64,000 nucleotides of DNA, from NCBI RefSeq assembly GCF_988242995.1, contig NZ_OZ547043.1; one strand, written 5' to 3'. Below the pieces are notes generated by a model. The model saw only the letters and a list, made by a program, of their open reading frames with translations, was not told the DNA's origin and ran no database searches. This document shows positions 1 through 11,413 of the stretch, piece by piece. Numbering within the stretch: the stretch's first letter is position 1; each line of letters starts with the position of its first letter. A program made the position numbers and the translations under genes.

Positions 1-2238
1 ATAATTTGCGGAATTTTTCCGTTGCTGGTTTTGCCACAATTGCCTGGGACATTACCCCTTGCGTCTCTGACCGTCTTCGCCTGCGTACTGGTATTTATCC
101 CTTTTAAAACTGTCCGTTATATCGCGCTGACGTTGCTGTTTTTCGTTTGGGGCATATTAGCAGCAAAGCAAATTTTGTGGGCAGGAGAAACCTTAACTGG
201 CGCGACGCAGGATGCAATTGTTGAGATCACTGCTACTGGCGGTATGACCACTCATTACGGTCAAATTACTCATCTACAAGGTCGACGTATATTCCCTGCG
301 CCAGGCCTCGTGCTGTATGGCGAATATCTTCCGCAAGCGGTTTGTGCTGGACAACTGTGGTCAATGAAACTCAAAGTTCGTGCAGTTCATGGCCAATTTA
401 ATGATGGCGGCTTTGATAGCCAGCGTTATGCCATTGCCCAGCATCAGCCGCTGACCGGCCGCTTTCTGCAGGCAAGTGTCATTGAACCGAATTGTAGCCT
501 GCGTGCACAGTATCTGGCGTCATTACAAACAACGCTGCAACCCTATCCGTGGAATGCGGTTATTCTTGGTTTAGGTATGGGGGAACGGTTATCCGTTCCC
601 AAAGAAATCAAAAATATCATGCGCGATACTGGAACGGCGCATTTAATGGCGATATCGGGATTGCATATCGCTTTTGCGGCGTTGCTGGCTGCCGGACTCA
701 TTCGCAGTGGACAAATTTTTCTGCCTGGGCGCTGGATCCACTGGCAAATGCCATTAATTGGCGGAATCTGCTGTGCTGCTTTTTATGCCTGGCTGACGGG
801 AATGCAACCTCCTGCATTTCGTACCGTGGTGGCGCTTGCTACGTGGGGAATGCTTAAGTTAAGTGGGCGACAGTGGAGTGGCTGGGATGTATGGATATGT
901 TGTCTGGCGGCAATTTTGCTGATGGATCCTGTTGCCATTCTCTCGCAAAGTTTATGGCTCTCTGCCGCTGCGGTCGCGGCACTGATTTTTTGGTATCAGT
1001 GGTTTCCCTGTCCGGAGTGGCAACTGCCGCCGGTATTGCGCGCGGTTGTTTCCCTCATCCATCTGCAGCTGGGAATCACCCTCCTGCTTATGCCCGTGCA
1101 AATCGTCATATTTCATGGCATTAGTCTGACCTCGTTTATTGCGAATCTTTTTGCAATTCCCCTGGTGACATTTATCACGGTTCCGTTGATCCTCGCCGCG
1201 ATGGTTGCGCATTTAAGCGGGCCGTTAATTCTGGAGCAAGGGTTATGGTTTCTTGCCGACCGGTCTTTGGCTTTACTTTTCTGGGGGTTAAAGAGTTTGC
1301 CGGAAGGGTGGATCAACATTGCTGAACGTTGGCAATGGCTAACATTTTCCCCATGGTTCTTACTGGTGGTATGGCGATTAAACGCCTGGCGAACGTTGCC
1401 AGCAATGTGTGTGGCTGTAGGCTTGCTGATGTGCTGGCCGCTGTGGCAAAAACCTCGACCTGACGAGTGGCAAGTGTACATGCTTGATGTCGGGCAAGGG
1501 CTGGCAATGGTCATTGCGCGAAACGGCAAAGCGATTCTCTATGACACGGGGCTGGCCTGGCCCGAAGGGGATAGTGGGCAACAACTGATTATCCCCTGGC
1601 TCCACTGGCATAATCTTGAACCGGAAGGCGTTATTCTGAGTCATGAACATCTGGATCACCGGGGAGGGCTGGACTCAATATTGCATACATGGCCGATGTT
1701 ATGGATAAGAAGTCCGTTAAACTGGGAACATCATCAGCCCTGTGTGCGTGGCGAAGCGTGGCAATGGCAAGGATTGCGTTTCAGCGCGCACTGGCCTTTA
1801 CAAGGTAGCAACGATAAAGGAAATAACCATTCCTGTGTGGTTAAGATTGATGACGGGACGAATAGCATTCTTCTAACCGGTGATATTGAAGCCCCCGCTG
1901 AACAAAAGATGCTAAGCCGTTACTGGCAGCAAATGCAGGCAACATTACTTCAGGTACCTCACCATGGCAGTAATACCTCATCATCGTTGCCATTAATTCA
2001 GCGAGTGAATGGAAAAGTGGCACTCGCATCGGCATCGCGCTATAACGCATGGCGACTGCCCTCAAGCAAAGTTAAACATCGCTATCAACAACAGGGTTAT
2101 AAGTGGCTTGATACTCCTCATCAGGGGCAAATAACGGTCAATTTTTCAGCGCAAGGATGGCGGATTAGCAGCCTCAGGGAGCAAATTTTACCTCGTTGGT
2201 ATCATCAGTGGTTTGGCGTGCCAGTGGATAACGGGTAG
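1..2238 (+). CDS. ycaI: ComEC/Rec2-family inner-membrane protein YcaI, 5' end cut by window edge
   Basis: Open frame from base 1 to stop at 2236-2238; polytopic hydrophobic N-terminal part then metallo-beta-lactamase-like motif SHEHLDHRGG; lies directly upstream of msbA. Confidence 0.9.
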   Translation: MICGIFPLLVLPQLPGTLPLASLTVFACVLVFIPFKTVRYIALTLLFFVWGILAAKQILWAGETLTGATQDAIVEITATGGMTTHYGQITHLQGRRIFPAPGLVLYGEYLPQAVCAGQLWSMKLKVRAVHGQFNDGGFDSQRYAIAQHQPLTGRFLQASVIEPNCSLRAQYLASLQTTLQPYPWNAVILGLGMGERLSVPKEIKNIMRDTGTAHLMAISGLHIAFAALLAAGLIRSGQIFLPGRWIHWQMPLIGGICCAAFYAWLTGMQPPAFRTVVALATWGMLKLSGRQWSGWDVWICCLAAILLMDPVAILSQSLWLSAAAVAALIFWYQWFPCPEWQLPPVLRAVVSLIHLQLGITLLLMPVQIVIFHGISLTSFIANLFAIPLVTFITVPLILAAMVAHLSGPLILEQGLWFLADRSLALLFWGLKSLPEGWINIAERWQWLTFSPWFLLVVWRLNAWRTLPAMCVAVGLLMCWPLWQKPRPDEWQVYMLDVGQGLAMVIARNGKAILYDTGLAWPEGDSGQQLIIPWLHWHNLEPEGVILSHEHLDHRGGLDSILHTWPMLWIRSPLNWEHHQPCVRGEAWQWQGLRFSAHWPLQGSNDKGNNHSCVVKIDDGTNSILLTGDIEAPAEQKMLSRYWQQMQATLLQVPHHGSNTSSSLPLIQRVNGKVALASASRYNAWRLPSSKVKHRYQQQGYKWLDTPHQGQITVNFSAQGWRISSLREQILPRWYHQWFGVPVDNG

Positions 2239-2274
2239 AATATGCGGCTATTTCAACAAATGCTGGTTTTTTGA

Positions 2275-4023
2275 ATGCATAACGACAAAGATCTCTCTAC
2301 GTGGCAGACGTTCCGCCGACTGTGGCCAACCATTGCGCCTTTTAAAGCGGGTCTGATCGTGGCGGGCGTAGCGTTAATCCTCAACGCAGCCAGCGATACC
2401 TTCATGTTATCGCTCCTTAAGCCACTTCTTGATGATGGCTTTGGTAAAACAGATCGCTCCGTGCTGGTGTGGATGCCGCTGGTGGTGATCGGGCTAATGA
2501 TTTTACGTGGTATCACCAGCTATGTCTCCAGCTACTGTATCTCCTGGGTATCAGGAAAGGTGGTAATGACCATGCGTCGCCGCCTGTTTGGTCACATGAT
2601 GGGAATGCCAGTTTCATTCTTTGACAAACAGTCAACGGGTACGCTGTTGTCACGTATCACCTACGATTCCGAACAGGTTGCTTCTTCTTCTTCCGGCGCA
2701 CTGATTACTGTTGTGCGTGAAGGTGCGTCGATCATCGGCCTGTTCATCATGATGTTCTATTACAGCTGGCAACTGTCGATCATTTTGATTGTGCTGGCAC
2801 CGATTGTTTCGATTGCGATTCGCGTTGTATCGAAGCGTTTTCGTAACATCAGTAAAAACATGCAGAACACCATGGGGCAGGTGACCACCAGCGCAGAACA
2901 AATGCTGAAGGGCCACAAAGAAGTATTGATTTTCGGTGGTCAGGAAGTGGAAACGAAACGCTTCGATAAAGTCAGTAACCGAATGCGTCTTCAGGGGATG
3001 AAAATGGTTTCAGCCTCTTCCATCTCTGATCCGATCATTCAGCTGATCGCCTCTTTGGCGCTGGCGTTTGTTCTGTATGCGGCGAGCTTCCCAAGTGTCA
3101 TGGATAGCCTGACTGCCGGTACGATTACCGTTGTTTTCTCTTCAATGATTGCACTGATGCGTCCGCTGAAATCGCTGACCAACGTTAACGCCCAGTTCCA
3201 GCGCGGTATGGCGGCTTGTCAGACGCTGTTTACCATTCTGGACAGTGAGCAGGAGAAAGACGAAGGTAAGCGCGTGATCGAGCGTGCGACTGGCGACGTG
3301 GAATTCCGCAATGTCACCTTTACTTATCCGGGACGTGACGTGCCCGCATTGCGTAACATCAACCTGAAAATTCCGGCAGGGAAGACGGTTGCTCTGGTTG
3401 GACGCTCTGGTTCAGGTAAATCAACCATCGCCAGCCTAATCACACGTTTTTACGATATTGATGAAGGCGAAATCCTGATGGATGGTCACGATCTGCGCGA
3501 GTATACCCTGGCGTCGTTACGTAACCAGGTTGCTCTGGTGTCGCAGAATGTCCATCTGTTTAACGATACGGTTGCCAACAACATTGCTTACGCACGGACT
3601 GAACAGTACAGCCGTGAGCAAATTGAAGAAGCGGCGCGTATGGCCTACGCCATGGACTTCATCAATAAGATGGATAACGGTCTCGATACAGTGATTGGTG
3701 AAAACGGCGTGCTGCTCTCTGGCGGTCAGCGTCAGCGTATTGCCATCGCTCGAGCCTTGTTGCGTGATAGCCCGATTCTGATTCTGGACGAAGCTACCTC
3801 GGCGCTGGATACCGAATCTGAACGTGCGATTCAGGCTGCACTGGATGAGTTGCAGAAAAACCGTACCTCTCTGGTGATTGCCCACCGCTTGTCTACCATT
3901 GAAAAGGCAGACGAAATCGTGGTCGTCGAGGATGGTGTCATTGTGGAACGCGGTACGCATAACGATTTGCTTGAGCACCGTGGCGTTTACGCGCAACTTC
4001 ACAAAATGCAGTTTGGCCAATGA
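2275..4023 (+). CDS. msbA: Lipid A/LPS flippase, ABC exporter MsbA
   Basis: 582 aa; N-terminal TM domain; Walker [13 protein letters not shown] signature [15 protein letters not shown], Walker [13 protein letters not shown]; stop overlaps lpxK start (ATGA). Confidence 0.97.
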   Translation: MHNDKDLSTWQTFRRLWPTIAPFKAGLIVAGVALILNAASDTFMLSLLKPLLDDGFGKTDRSVLVWMPLVVIGLMILRGITSYVSSYCISWVSGKVVMTMRRRLFGHMMGMPVSFFDKQSTGTLLSRITYDSEQVASSSSGALITVVREGASIIGLFIMMFYYSWQLSIILIVLAPIVSIAIRVVSKRFRNISKNMQNTMGQVTTSAEQMLKGHKEVLIFGGQEVETKRFDKVSNRMRLQGMKMVSASSISDPIIQLIASLALAFVLYAASFPSVMDSLTAGTITVVFSSMIALMRPLKSLTNVNAQFQRGMAACQTLFTILDSEQEKDEGKRVIERATGDVEFRNVTFTYPGRDVPALRNINLKIPAGKTVALVGRSGSGKSTIASLITRFYDIDEGEILMDGHDLREYTLASLRNQVALVSQNVHLFNDTVANNIAYARTEQYSREQIEEAARMAYAMDFINKMDNGLDTVIGENGVLLSGGQRQRIAIARALLRDSPILILDEATSALDTESERAIQAALDELQKNRTSLVIAHRLSTIEKADEIVVVEDGVIVERGTHNDLLEHRGVYAQLHKMQFGQ

Positions 4024-5006
4024 TCGAAAAAATCTGGTCTGGTGAATCCCCTTTGTGGCGGCTATTGCTGCCACTCTCCTGGTTGTATGGCCTGGTGAGT
4101 GGCGCGATCCGTCTTTGCTATAAACTAAAACTGAAGCGCGCCTGGCGTGCCCCCGTACCGGTTGTCGTGGTTGGTAATCTCACCGCAGGCGGCAACGGAA
4201 AAACCCCGGTCGTTGTCTGGCTGGTGGAACAGTTGCAACAGCGCGGTATTCGCGTGGGGGTCGTATCGCGGGGATATGGTGGTAAGGCTGAATCTTATCC
4301 GCTGTTATTGTCGGCAGATACCACCACAGCACAGGCGGGTGATGAACCTGTGTTGATTTATCAACGCACTGGCGCGCCCGTTGCGGTTTCTCCCGTGCGT
4401 TCTGATGCGGTAAAAGCCATTCTGGCGCAACGCCCTGATGTGCAGATCATCGTAACCGACGACGGTTTACAGCATTACCGTCTGGCGCGTGATGTGGAAA
4501 TTGTCGTTATTGATGGTGTGCGTCGCTTTGGCAATGGCTGGTGGTTGCCGGCGGGGCCAATGCGTGAGCGAGCGGGGCGCTTAAAGTCGGTTGATGCGGT
4601 AATCGTCAACGGCGGTGTCCCCCGCAGCGGTGAAATCCCCATGCATCTGCTGCCGGGTCAGGCGGTGAATTTACGTACCGGTACGCGTTGTGACGTTGCT
4701 CAGCTTGAACATGTAGTGGCGATGGCGGGGATTGGACATCCGCCGCGCTTTTTTGCCACGCTGAAGATGTGCGGCGTACAACCGGAAAAATGTGTACCGC
4801 TGGCCGATCATCAGTCTTTGAACCATGCGGATGTCAGCGCGTTGGTAAACGCCGGGCAAACGCTGGTAATGACTGAAAAAGATGCGGTGAAATGCCGGGC
4901 CTTTGCAGAAGAAAATTGGTGGTATTTGCCTGTAGACGCACAGCTTTCAGGTGATGAACCAGCGAAACTGCTTGCGCAACTAACCTCGCTGGCTTCTGGC
5001 AACTAG
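4020..5006 (+). CDS. lpxK: Tetraacyldisaccharide 4'-kinase LpxK
   Basis: 328 aa; P-loop [15 protein letters not shown]; translationally coupled to msbA. Confidence 0.96.
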   Translation: MIEKIWSGESPLWRLLLPLSWLYGLVSGAIRLCYKLKLKRAWRAPVPVVVVGNLTAGGNGKTPVVVWLVEQLQQRGIRVGVVSRGYGGKAESYPLLLSADTTTAQAGDEPVLIYQRTGAPVAVSPVRSDAVKAILAQRPDVQIIVTDDGLQHYRLARDVEIVVIDGVRRFGNGWWLPAGPMRERAGRLKSVDAVIVNGGVPRSGEIPMHLLPGQAVNLRTGTRCDVAQLEHVVAMAGIGHPPRFFATLKMCGVQPEKCVPLADHQSLNHADVSALVNAGQTLVMTEKDAVKCRAFAEENWWYLPVDAQLSGDEPAKLLAQLTSLASGN

Positions 5007-5042
5007 TTACGCCGCGGCAGCGTTCGATTGATGGAGTCATGA

Positions 5043-6275
5043 ATGTCGCTGCCGCACCTCTCTCTTGCTGATGCGCGTAATCTTCACCTCGCCGCGCAAG
5101 GCCTGTTAAACAAACCCCGCCGTCGAGCATCGTTGGAGGATATTCCGGCAACGATCTCCCGCATGTCCTTGCTGCAAATCGATACCATTAATATTGTTGC
5201 CCGTAGTCCATATCTGGTGCTTTTCAGTCGTCTGGGAAATTATCCTGCCCAGTGGCTGGATGAGTCTCTGGCGCGTGGCGAATTAATGGAATACTGGGCG
5301 CATGAAGCCTGCTTTATGCCGCGTAGCGACTTTCGTCTTATTCGCCACCGCATGCTGGCACCTGAAAAAATGGGCTGGAAATACAAAGACGCCTGGATGC
5401 AGGAACATGAGGCGGAAATTGCACAGTTAATTCAGCATATTCATGATAAGGGGCCGGTACGTTCAGCCGATTTTGAGCATCCTCGTAAAGGTGCAAGCGG
5501 CTGGTGGGAGTGGAAGCCGCATAAACGGCATCTGGAAGGTTTATTTACAGCCGGGAAAGTGATGGTGATTGAACGGCGCAACTTCCAGCGCGTTTATGAT
5601 TTAACCTACCGTGTCATGCCTGACTGGGATGATGAGCGCGATCTCGTTTCGCAAACAGAAGCAGAAATCATCATGCTGGATAACAGTGCGCGTAGCCTGG
5701 GAATATTCCGCGAACAGTGGCTGGCAGATTACTATCGGCTGAAACGTCCGGCACTGGCAGCGTGGCGCGAAGCGAGGGCTGAACAGCGGCAAATCATTGC
5801 TGTGCATGTTGAAAAATTGGGCAATCTTTGGCTGCATGCTGATTTGCTGCCGCTACTCGAGCGTGCGCTGGCCGGAAAGCTCACTGCAACGCACAGCGCG
5901 GTACTTTCGCCTTTTGATCCTGTTGTCTGGGATCGCAAACGCGCAGAGCAGCTTTTTGATTTTAGCTACCGGCTGGAGTGCTATACCCCAGCGCCGAAAC
6001 GCCAGTATGGCTATTTTGTTCTGCCGTTATTACATCGTGGGCAATTAGTTGGGCGAATGGATGCCAAAATGCATCGCCAGACAGGCATCCTTGAAGTTAT
6101 CTCTCTGTGGTTACAGGAAGGCATTAAACCAACGACAATGCTGCAAAAAGGGTTACGTCAGGCGATTACTGATTTCGCGAGCTGGCAGCAGGCAACGCGG
6201 GTGACATTAGGACGCTGCCCGCAAGGTCTCTTTACTGATTGCCGCACTGGCTGGGAAATAGACCCCGTCGCATAA
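5043..6275 (+). CDS. ycaQ: Winged-helix DNA glycosylase YcaQ
   Basis: 410 aa ORF; translation recognised as E. coli YcaQ; conserved position after lpxK. Confidence 0.9.
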   Translation: MSLPHLSLADARNLHLAAQGLLNKPRRRASLEDIPATISRMSLLQIDTINIVARSPYLVLFSRLGNYPAQWLDESLARGELMEYWAHEACFMPRSDFRLIRHRMLAPEKMGWKYKDAWMQEHEAEIAQLIQHIHDKGPVRSADFEHPRKGASGWWEWKPHKRHLEGLFTAGKVMVIERRNFQRVYDLTYRVMPDWDDERDLVSQTEAEIIMLDNSARSLGIFREQWLADYYRLKRPALAAWREARAEQRQIIAVHVEKLGNLWLHADLLPLLERALAGKLTATHSAVLSPFDPVVWDRKRAEQLFDFSYRLECYTPAPKRQYGYFVLPLLHRGQLVGRMDAKMHRQTGILEVISLWLQEGIKPTTMLQKGLRQAITDFASWQQATRVTLGRCPQGLFTDCRTGWEIDPVA

Positions 6276-6326
6276 ATGATTATGATAAGATTTATGCATT
6301 CATAACCCGATCCATCTGGAGGAACT

Positions 6327-7252
<926 letters not shown>

Positions 7253-7405
7253 TTTCACTTCACGACACTCCAGCCAATTTTGGGAGGAGTGTCGTACCGT
7301 TACGATTTTCCTCAATTTTTCTTTTCAACAATTGATCTCATTCAGGTGACATCTTTTATATTGGCGCTCATTATGAAAGCAGTAGCTTTTATGAGGGTAA
7401 TCTGA

Positions 7406-8299
7406 ATGGAACAGCTGCGTGCCGAATTAAGCCATTTACTGGGCGAAAAACTCAGTCGTATTGAGTGCGTCAATGAAAAAGCGGATACGGCGTTGTGGGC
7501 TTTGTATGACAGCCAGGGAAACCCAATGCCGTTAATGGCAAGAAGCTTTAGTACGCCCGGAAAAGCCCGACAACTGGCATGGAAAACCACCATGCTGGCA
7601 AGAAGTGGAACTGTCCGTATGCCGACTATTTATGGTGTGATGACGCATGAAGAACACCCCGGCCCCGATGTCCTGCTACTGGAGCGGATGCGTGGTGTTT
7701 CGGTGGAGGCACCAGCCCGAACACCAGAACGCTGGGAACAGCTCAAAGATCAAATCGTTGAAGCCTTACTGGCCTGGCACCGTCAGGACAGTCGCGGTTG
7801 CGTCGGCGCGGTCGACAATACTCAGGAAAATTTCTGGCCCTCATGGTACCGGCAACATGTTGAAGTGCTATGGACCACGCTCAATCAGTTCAATAACACC
7901 GGTCTAACGATGCAGGATAAGCGGATCCTGTTTCGTACTCGCGAATGTCTCCCGGCATTATTTGAAGGCTTTAACGACAATTGTGTGCTGATTCACGGTA
8001 ACTTCTGTTTACGCAGCATGCTGAAAGATTCGCGCAGCGATCAGTTACTGGCGATGGTCGGGCCGGGACTAATGCTTTGGGCACCGCGAGAATACGAACT
8101 GTTCCGACTAATGGATAATTCTCTGGCGGAAGATTTGCTCTGGAGTTACCTGCAACGCGCGCCAGTGGCGGAGTCGTTCATCTGGCGGCGTTGGTTGTAT
8201 GTGTTATGGGATGAAGTTGCGCAACTGGTTAATACCGGACGATTTAGTCGGCGCAACTTCGATCTGGCATCAAAATCACTCTTGCCGTGGCTCGCCTGA
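7406..8299 (+). CDS. ycbJ: Putative phosphotransferase/kinase-like protein YcbJ
   Basis: 297 aa ORF; recognised as YcbJ; 3' end overlaps convergent elyC by 24 bp. Confidence 0.88.
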   Translation: MEQLRAELSHLLGEKLSRIECVNEKADTALWALYDSQGNPMPLMARSFSTPGKARQLAWKTTMLARSGTVRMPTIYGVMTHEEHPGPDVLLLERMRGVSVEAPARTPERWEQLKDQIVEALLAWHRQDSRGCVGAVDNTQENFWPSWYRQHVEVLWTTLNQFNNTGLTMQDKRILFRTRECLPALFEGFNDNCVLIHGNFCLRSMLKDSRSDQLLAMVGPGLMLWAPREYELFRLMDNSLAEDLLWSYLQRAPVAESFIWRRWLYVLWDEVAQLVNTGRFSRRNFDLASKSLLPWLA

Positions 8300-9055
8300 C
8301 GAACTTTTTAGCCACTGCCAGATGCGGCCAAGCGTTTCATAGCCAACACGATCGCTATGCATCAACCAGACTGGAGAAGGGATTGCCCGTTCCCACGGGT
8401 TAAGCGGCGAGTCGATGGCCAACTGATTCGCCGGGGCTGGCAGCGGATTTAACCCTTCCTGCTGAAAAAAGATCATCGCCCGCGGCAAATGAGACGCGGA
8501 TGTCACCAGCAGGAAAGGGGCGTCACCAATTGCCTGTTTCACTGCCGCAGCTTCTTCTTCGGTATCTTTTGGCAAATCCAGAGTGATAATTTGCTCGCGC
8601 GGCACGCCCAGCGATTGCGCAACTCGGGCACCTACTTCGGCTGTACTCACCGTATTGGTTTTTGCTACGCCTCCCGTGAAGATCAGTTTTGATCCCGGAT
8701 TTTCGCGCCATAAGCGAATACCTTCATTCAGGCGGGGCAGACTGTTATTGATTAAATTCGAGCTTGGTGCCCACTGCGGGTTCCAGGTATAACCACCTCC
8801 GAGCACCACGATATAGTCCACTTTTTGCGAATTATTCCATGTCGGATAGGTGCTTTCGATGGGACGCAGCAGGCGGTCGGCTACCGGTTGCAAACTCAAT
8901 AACAAGAGCGCCAGCCACCCAATGCTAATAAAAATCTTCCCGGTTTTTTGAAAACGGCTAAACCACAGCAGCGCCAGGCCAGCGCCAATAATCAACAACA
9001 TTAGCGGAAGTGGCAGCAACATATTGCCAATCACTTTTTTCAGTGTAAAAAGCAT
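8276..9055 (-). CDS. elyC: Envelope biogenesis factor ElyC (DUF218 family)
   Basis: 259 aa; N-terminal TM helices then DUF218-type domain; ATG (minus strand) at 9055-9053. Confidence 0.92.
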   Translation of the reverse strand: MLFTLKKVIGNMLLPLPLMLLIIGAGLALLWFSRFQKTGKIFISIGWLALLLLSLQPVADRLLRPIESTYPTWNNSQKVDYIVVLGGGYTWNPQWAPSSNLINNSLPRLNEGIRLWRENPGSKLIFTGGVAKTNTVSTAEVGARVAQSLGVPREQIITLDLPKDTEEEAAAVKQAIGDAPFLLVTSASHLPRAMIFFQQEGLNPLPAPANQLAIDSPLNPWERAIPSPVWLMHSDRVGYETLGRIWQWLKSSSGEPRQE

Positions 9056-9065
9056 CCTTTCTGGT
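9055..9065. repeat. Target-site duplication (left copy) of IS4, tcctttctggt
   Basis: Identical 11-mer directly abuts both IS4 ends (9055-9065 and 10492-10502); an extra flanking a makes it arguably 12 bp. Confidence 0.85.
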
Positions 9066-9083
9066 TAATGCCGATCAGTTAAG
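9066..9083. repeat. IS4 left terminal inverted repeat
   Basis: taatgccgatcagttaag; reverse complement of right end with 2 mismatches. Confidence 0.85.
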
Positions 9084-9149
9084 GATCAGTTGACCGATCC
9101 AGTGGCTGTGTAAGAATCCGGAAACGCTCACTTGTTTCCGGATTTTTTT

Positions 9150-10478
9150 ATGCACATTGGACAGGCTCTTGATCTGGTATCCCGTTACGATTCTCTGCGT
9201 AACCCACTGACTTCTCTGGGGGATTACCTCGACCCCGAACTCATCTCTCGTTGCCTTGCCGAATCAGGTACTGTAACGCTACGCAAGCGCCGTCTTCCCC
9301 TCGAAATGATGGTCTGGTGTATTGTTGGCATGGCGCTTGAGCGTAAAGAACCTCTTCACCAGATTGTGAATCGCCTGGACATCATGCTGCCGGGCAATCG
9401 CCCCTTCGTTGCCCCCAGTGCCGTTATTCAGGCCCGCCAGCGCCTGGGAAGTGAGGCTGTCCGCCGCGTGTTCACGAAAACAGCGCAGCTCTGGCATAAC
9501 GCCACGCCGCATCCGCACTGGTGCGGCCTGACCCTGCTGGCCATCGATGGTGTGTTCTGGCGCACACCGGATACACCAGAGAACGATGCAGCCTTCCCCC
9601 GCCAGACACATGCCGGGAACCCGGCGCTCTACCCGCAGGTCAAAATGGTCTGCCAGATGGAACTGACCAGCCATCTGCTGACGGCTGCAGCCTTCGGCAC
9701 GATGAAGAACAGCGAAAATGAGCTTGCTGAGCAACTTATAGAACAAACCGGCGATAACACTCTGACGTTAATGGATAAAGGTTATTACTCACTGGGACTG
9801 TTAAATGCCTGGAGCCTGGCGGGAGAACACCGCCACTGGATGATACCTCTCAGAAAGGGAGCGCAATATGAAGAGATCAGAAAACTGGGTAAAGGCGATC
9901 ATCTGGTGAAGCTGAAAACCAGCCCGCAGGCACGAAAAAAGTGGCCGGGACTGGGAAATGAAGTGACTGCCCGCCTGCTGACCGTGACGCGCAAAGGAAA
10001 AGTCTGCCATCTGCTGACGTCGATGACGGACGCCATGCGCTTCCCCGGAGGAGAAATGGGGGATCTGTACAGTCATCGCTGGGAAATCGAACTGGGATAC
10101 AGGGAGATAAAACAGACGATGCAACGGAGCAGGCTGACGCTGAGAAGTAAAAAGCCGGAGCTTGTGGAGCAAGAGCTGTGGGGTGTCTTACTGGCTTATA
10201 ATCTGGTGAGATATCAGATGATTAAAATGGCGGAACATCTGAAAGGTTACTGGCCGAATCAACTGAGTTTCTCAGAATCATGCGGAATGGTGATGAGAAT
10301 GCTGATGACATTGCAGGGCGCTTCACCGGGACGTATACCGGAGCTGATGCGCGATCTTGCAAGTATGGGACAACTTGTGAAATTACCGACAAGAAGGGAA
10401 AGGGCCTTCCCGAGAGTGGTAAAGGAGAGGCCCTGGAAATACCCCACAGCCCCGAAAAAGAGCCAGTCAGTTGCTTAA
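9150..10478 (+). CDS. insG: IS4 transposase (InsG-like, DDE family)
   Basis: 442 aa from ATG at 9150 (track ORF starts 6 codons earlier at an alternative TTG); translation matches IS4 transposase; stop lies inside right IR. Confidence 0.93.
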   Translation: MHIGQALDLVSRYDSLRNPLTSLGDYLDPELISRCLAESGTVTLRKRRLPLEMMVWCIVGMALERKEPLHQIVNRLDIMLPGNRPFVAPSAVIQARQRLGSEAVRRVFTKTAQLWHNATPHPHWCGLTLLAIDGVFWRTPDTPENDAAFPRQTHAGNPALYPQVKMVCQMELTSHLLTAAAFGTMKNSENELAEQLIEQTGDNTLTLMDKGYYSLGLLNAWSLAGEHRHWMIPLRKGAQYEEIRKLGKGDHLVKLKTSPQARKKWPGLGNEVTARLLTVTRKGKVCHLLTSMTDAMRFPGGEMGDLYSHRWEIELGYREIKQTMQRSRLTLRSKKPELVEQELWGVLLAYNLVRYQMIKMAEHLKGYWPNQLSFSESCGMVMRMLMTLQGASPGRIPELMRDLASMGQLVKLPTRRERAFPRVVKERPWKYPTAPKKSQSVA

Positions 10479-10491
10479 CTGACTGGCATTA
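10474..10491. repeat. IS4 right terminal inverted repeat
   Basis: cttaactgactggcatta. Confidence 0.85.
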
Positions 10492-10502
10492 TCCTTTCTG
10501 GT
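10492..10502. repeat. Target-site duplication (right copy) of IS4, tcctttctggt
   Basis: Exact repeat of 9055-9065. Confidence 0.85.
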
Positions 10503-10627
10503 TCCTTTTTTAACCATATAGCAAGGGATCGCCAGCGATATTACACCAGACGGGTTCATTCTCGCCGTGGCTGTGACAAAATAGCGTCTTTATCAGAAAA
10601 CGTCTTAGCCAACCGGTGGAGAAAGCA

Positions 10628-11413
10628 ATGCAGGATCGCAATTTTGATGATATTGCGGAAAAGTTTTCCCGTAACATTTACGGCACCACCAAAGGGCAGC
10701 TTCGACAGGCTATTCTGTGGCAGGATCTCGATCGCGTGCTGGCGGAAATGGGCCCGCAAAAACTGCGTGTGCTGGATGCTGGCGGTGGAGAAGGGCAGAC
10801 CGCAATCAAAATGGCTGAGCGCGGGCATCAGGTCATTTTATGCGATCTTTCTGCGCAGATGATCGACCGCGCAAAACAGGCGGCAGAAGCAAAAGGTGTG
10901 AGCGACAACATGCAATTTATACATTGCGCCGCTCAGGATGTTGCTTCGCATTTGGAAACGCCCGTTGATCTGATATTGTTCCATGCGGTGCTCGAGTGGG
11001 TGGCCGATCCCCGCAGCGTATTACAGACCCTGTGGTCAGTGTTGCGTCCAGGCGGTGTGTTGTCGTTAATGTTCTACAATGCGCACGGCTTGCTGATGCA
11101 TAACATGGTCGCCGGGAATTTTGATTACGTGCAGGCGGGAATGCCGAAAAAGAAAAAACGGACGCTTTCGCCAGATTATCCACGCGACCCGGCGCAGGTT
11201 TATCTGTGGCTGGAAGAAGCTGGTTGGCAAATTATGGGTAAGACAGGCGTTCGCGTGTTTCATGATTATCTGCGCGAGAAGCACCAGCAGCGCGACTGCT
11301 ATGAAGCATTACTTGAATTAGAAACGCGTTATTGCCGTCAGGAACCGTATATTACCCTGGGGCGTTATATTCATGTCACCGCGCGCAAACCGCAGAGCAA
11401 GGATAAAGTATGA
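10628..11413 (+). CDS. cmoM: SAM-dependent methyltransferase CmoM (formerly SmtA)
   Basis: 261 aa from MQDRNFDD; methyltransferase motif VLDAGGGEG; stop overlaps mukF start. Confidence 0.93.

Larger units (their letters stand above)
9066..10491 (+). mobile_element. Insertion sequence IS4, complete (1426 bp)
   Basis: Terminal 18-bp inverted repeats taatgccgatcagttaag (9066-9083) and cttaactgactggcatta (10474-10491), 16/18 match; one intact 442-aa DDE transposase ORF; flanked by 11-bp direct repeats; length equals canonical IS4. Confidence 0.93.
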
